This document shows positions 63,524 through 64,000 of a stretch of DNA of 64,000 nucleotides, one piece after another. The translations under genes were made by a program, and so were the position numbers. Under the pieces are notes generated by a model, which searched no databases, was not told where the DNA came from, and worked only from the letters and a program-made list of their open reading frames with translations. The stretch lies in IMG/VR virus record IMGVR_UViG_3300048927_000209; one strand, given 5' to 3'. Position 1 is the first letter of the stretch; the number at the start of each line of letters is the position of its first letter. The stretch comes from a virus.

Positions 63524-63949
63524 TTACACCTCTTCGTAGAAACGGAGTGCGGTTGGAATACGGTGACGGCCACTGTACGACTGATCACGACCGGTACGTT
63601 TAGCGAACTCCAAGTGACCCCAGTTAAACCCGTATTCGGTTAGAATGTGAACGACGTTGTGGTTATCCCTTTCGTCATTATCACCCTCATATTCACGAAA
63701 CCGGGCTAACACCTCACCGTTGCTGTCGTTCACCACTTCGAAGTAATCGCGGGAGTGCCAGCGCTTTCCTCGGTTACGGCGGTCTTGATCGGTGAGGCGG
63801 GTATTCCAGGCTTTGATCACTGCTTCCTCAGAGGTGTGCATGTCTTTGAGTTTCAACATACACCCGGTGCAACGCATCAGCCAAAACACCAATGCGAACT
63901 TCTGCGTCTTAGCGGGCGAGGCACACAGCGGACATGATTTAATTTTCAT
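63524..63949 (-). CDS. Lar-like zinc-ribbon (restriction-alleviation family) fused to a ~90-aa C-terminal domain
   Basis: MKIKSCPLCASPAKT..MRCTGCMLKL..SEEAVIKAWNTR matches the Lar family pattern (CPFCG...C..C....eeAi..WN.R); alt start ATG 63961. Confidence 0.55.
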   Translation of the reverse strand: MKIKSCPLCASPAKTQKFALVFWLMRCTGCMLKLKDMHTSEEAVIKAWNTRLTDQDRRNRGKRWHSRDYFEVVNDSNGEVLARFREYEGDNDERDNHNVVHILTEYGFNWGHLEFAKRTGRDQSYSGRHRIPTALRFYEEV

Positions 63950-64000
63950 TGCCGTTTTCATCCTCACTGTCAACGCGATGAGAAACCTTGACCAACAGAT

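Overview
This window looks like a 64-kb slice of a large virulent tailed-phage genome. The host is probably an enterobacterium-like gamma-proteobacterium, inferred from SD sequences, codon usage and host-like HslU/YgiB/PnuC homologues. I count about 103 tightly packed protein genes in alternating strand blocks: - to 322, + 462-2412, - 2448-9952, + 10074-16104, and - 16200-63961 with one + gene at 39520-39933. Many genes are translationally coupled through ATGA/TAATG/TGATG overlaps. All family calls come from motif-level reading; no database search was possible. Recognisable functions: nucleotide metabolism (ThyA with insertions, DHFR fusion, thymidine kinase, MazG-like, HD hydrolase); DNA/RNA transactions (NAD-dependent ligase, SNF2 helicase, AAA+ ATPase, split DnaG/Toprim-like gene, OB-headed RNA ligase, DEDDh-like exonuclease fold); an HslU-type unfoldase; a PnuC-like transporter; a YgiB/DUF1190-like lipoprotein; a SAM methyltransferase; a Lar-like zinc ribbon; RHH and HTH regulators. 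There are two inverted clusters of paralogous FN3-headed or 'GPGP-core' receptor-binding-like proteins, plus a pectate-lyase-type tailspike, a LamG protein and a Gly-rich fibre-like protein. There are also several arrays of very small membrane proteins, four of which fall below the ORF-track cutoff and were translated by hand. Intergenic DNA follows a regular syntax: hairpin terminator (often a C(UUCG)G loop) with a 'UUUUAUGCCG' tail, then a promoter-like 'CCTAYATYAC..ATGTAA' motif, then a 'CTTAACYTGT' leader element, then SD and ATG. I found no rRNA, tRNA, CRISPR array, transposase, integrase or reverse transcriptase. The most interesting candidates are: the HslU-like gene with no adjacent HslV in a coupled operon; the multi-paralog receptor-binding system with two shared N-terminal adaptor types; ThyA carrying two homologous inserts; the membrane mini-protein cassettes; and the intergenic regulatory grammar.
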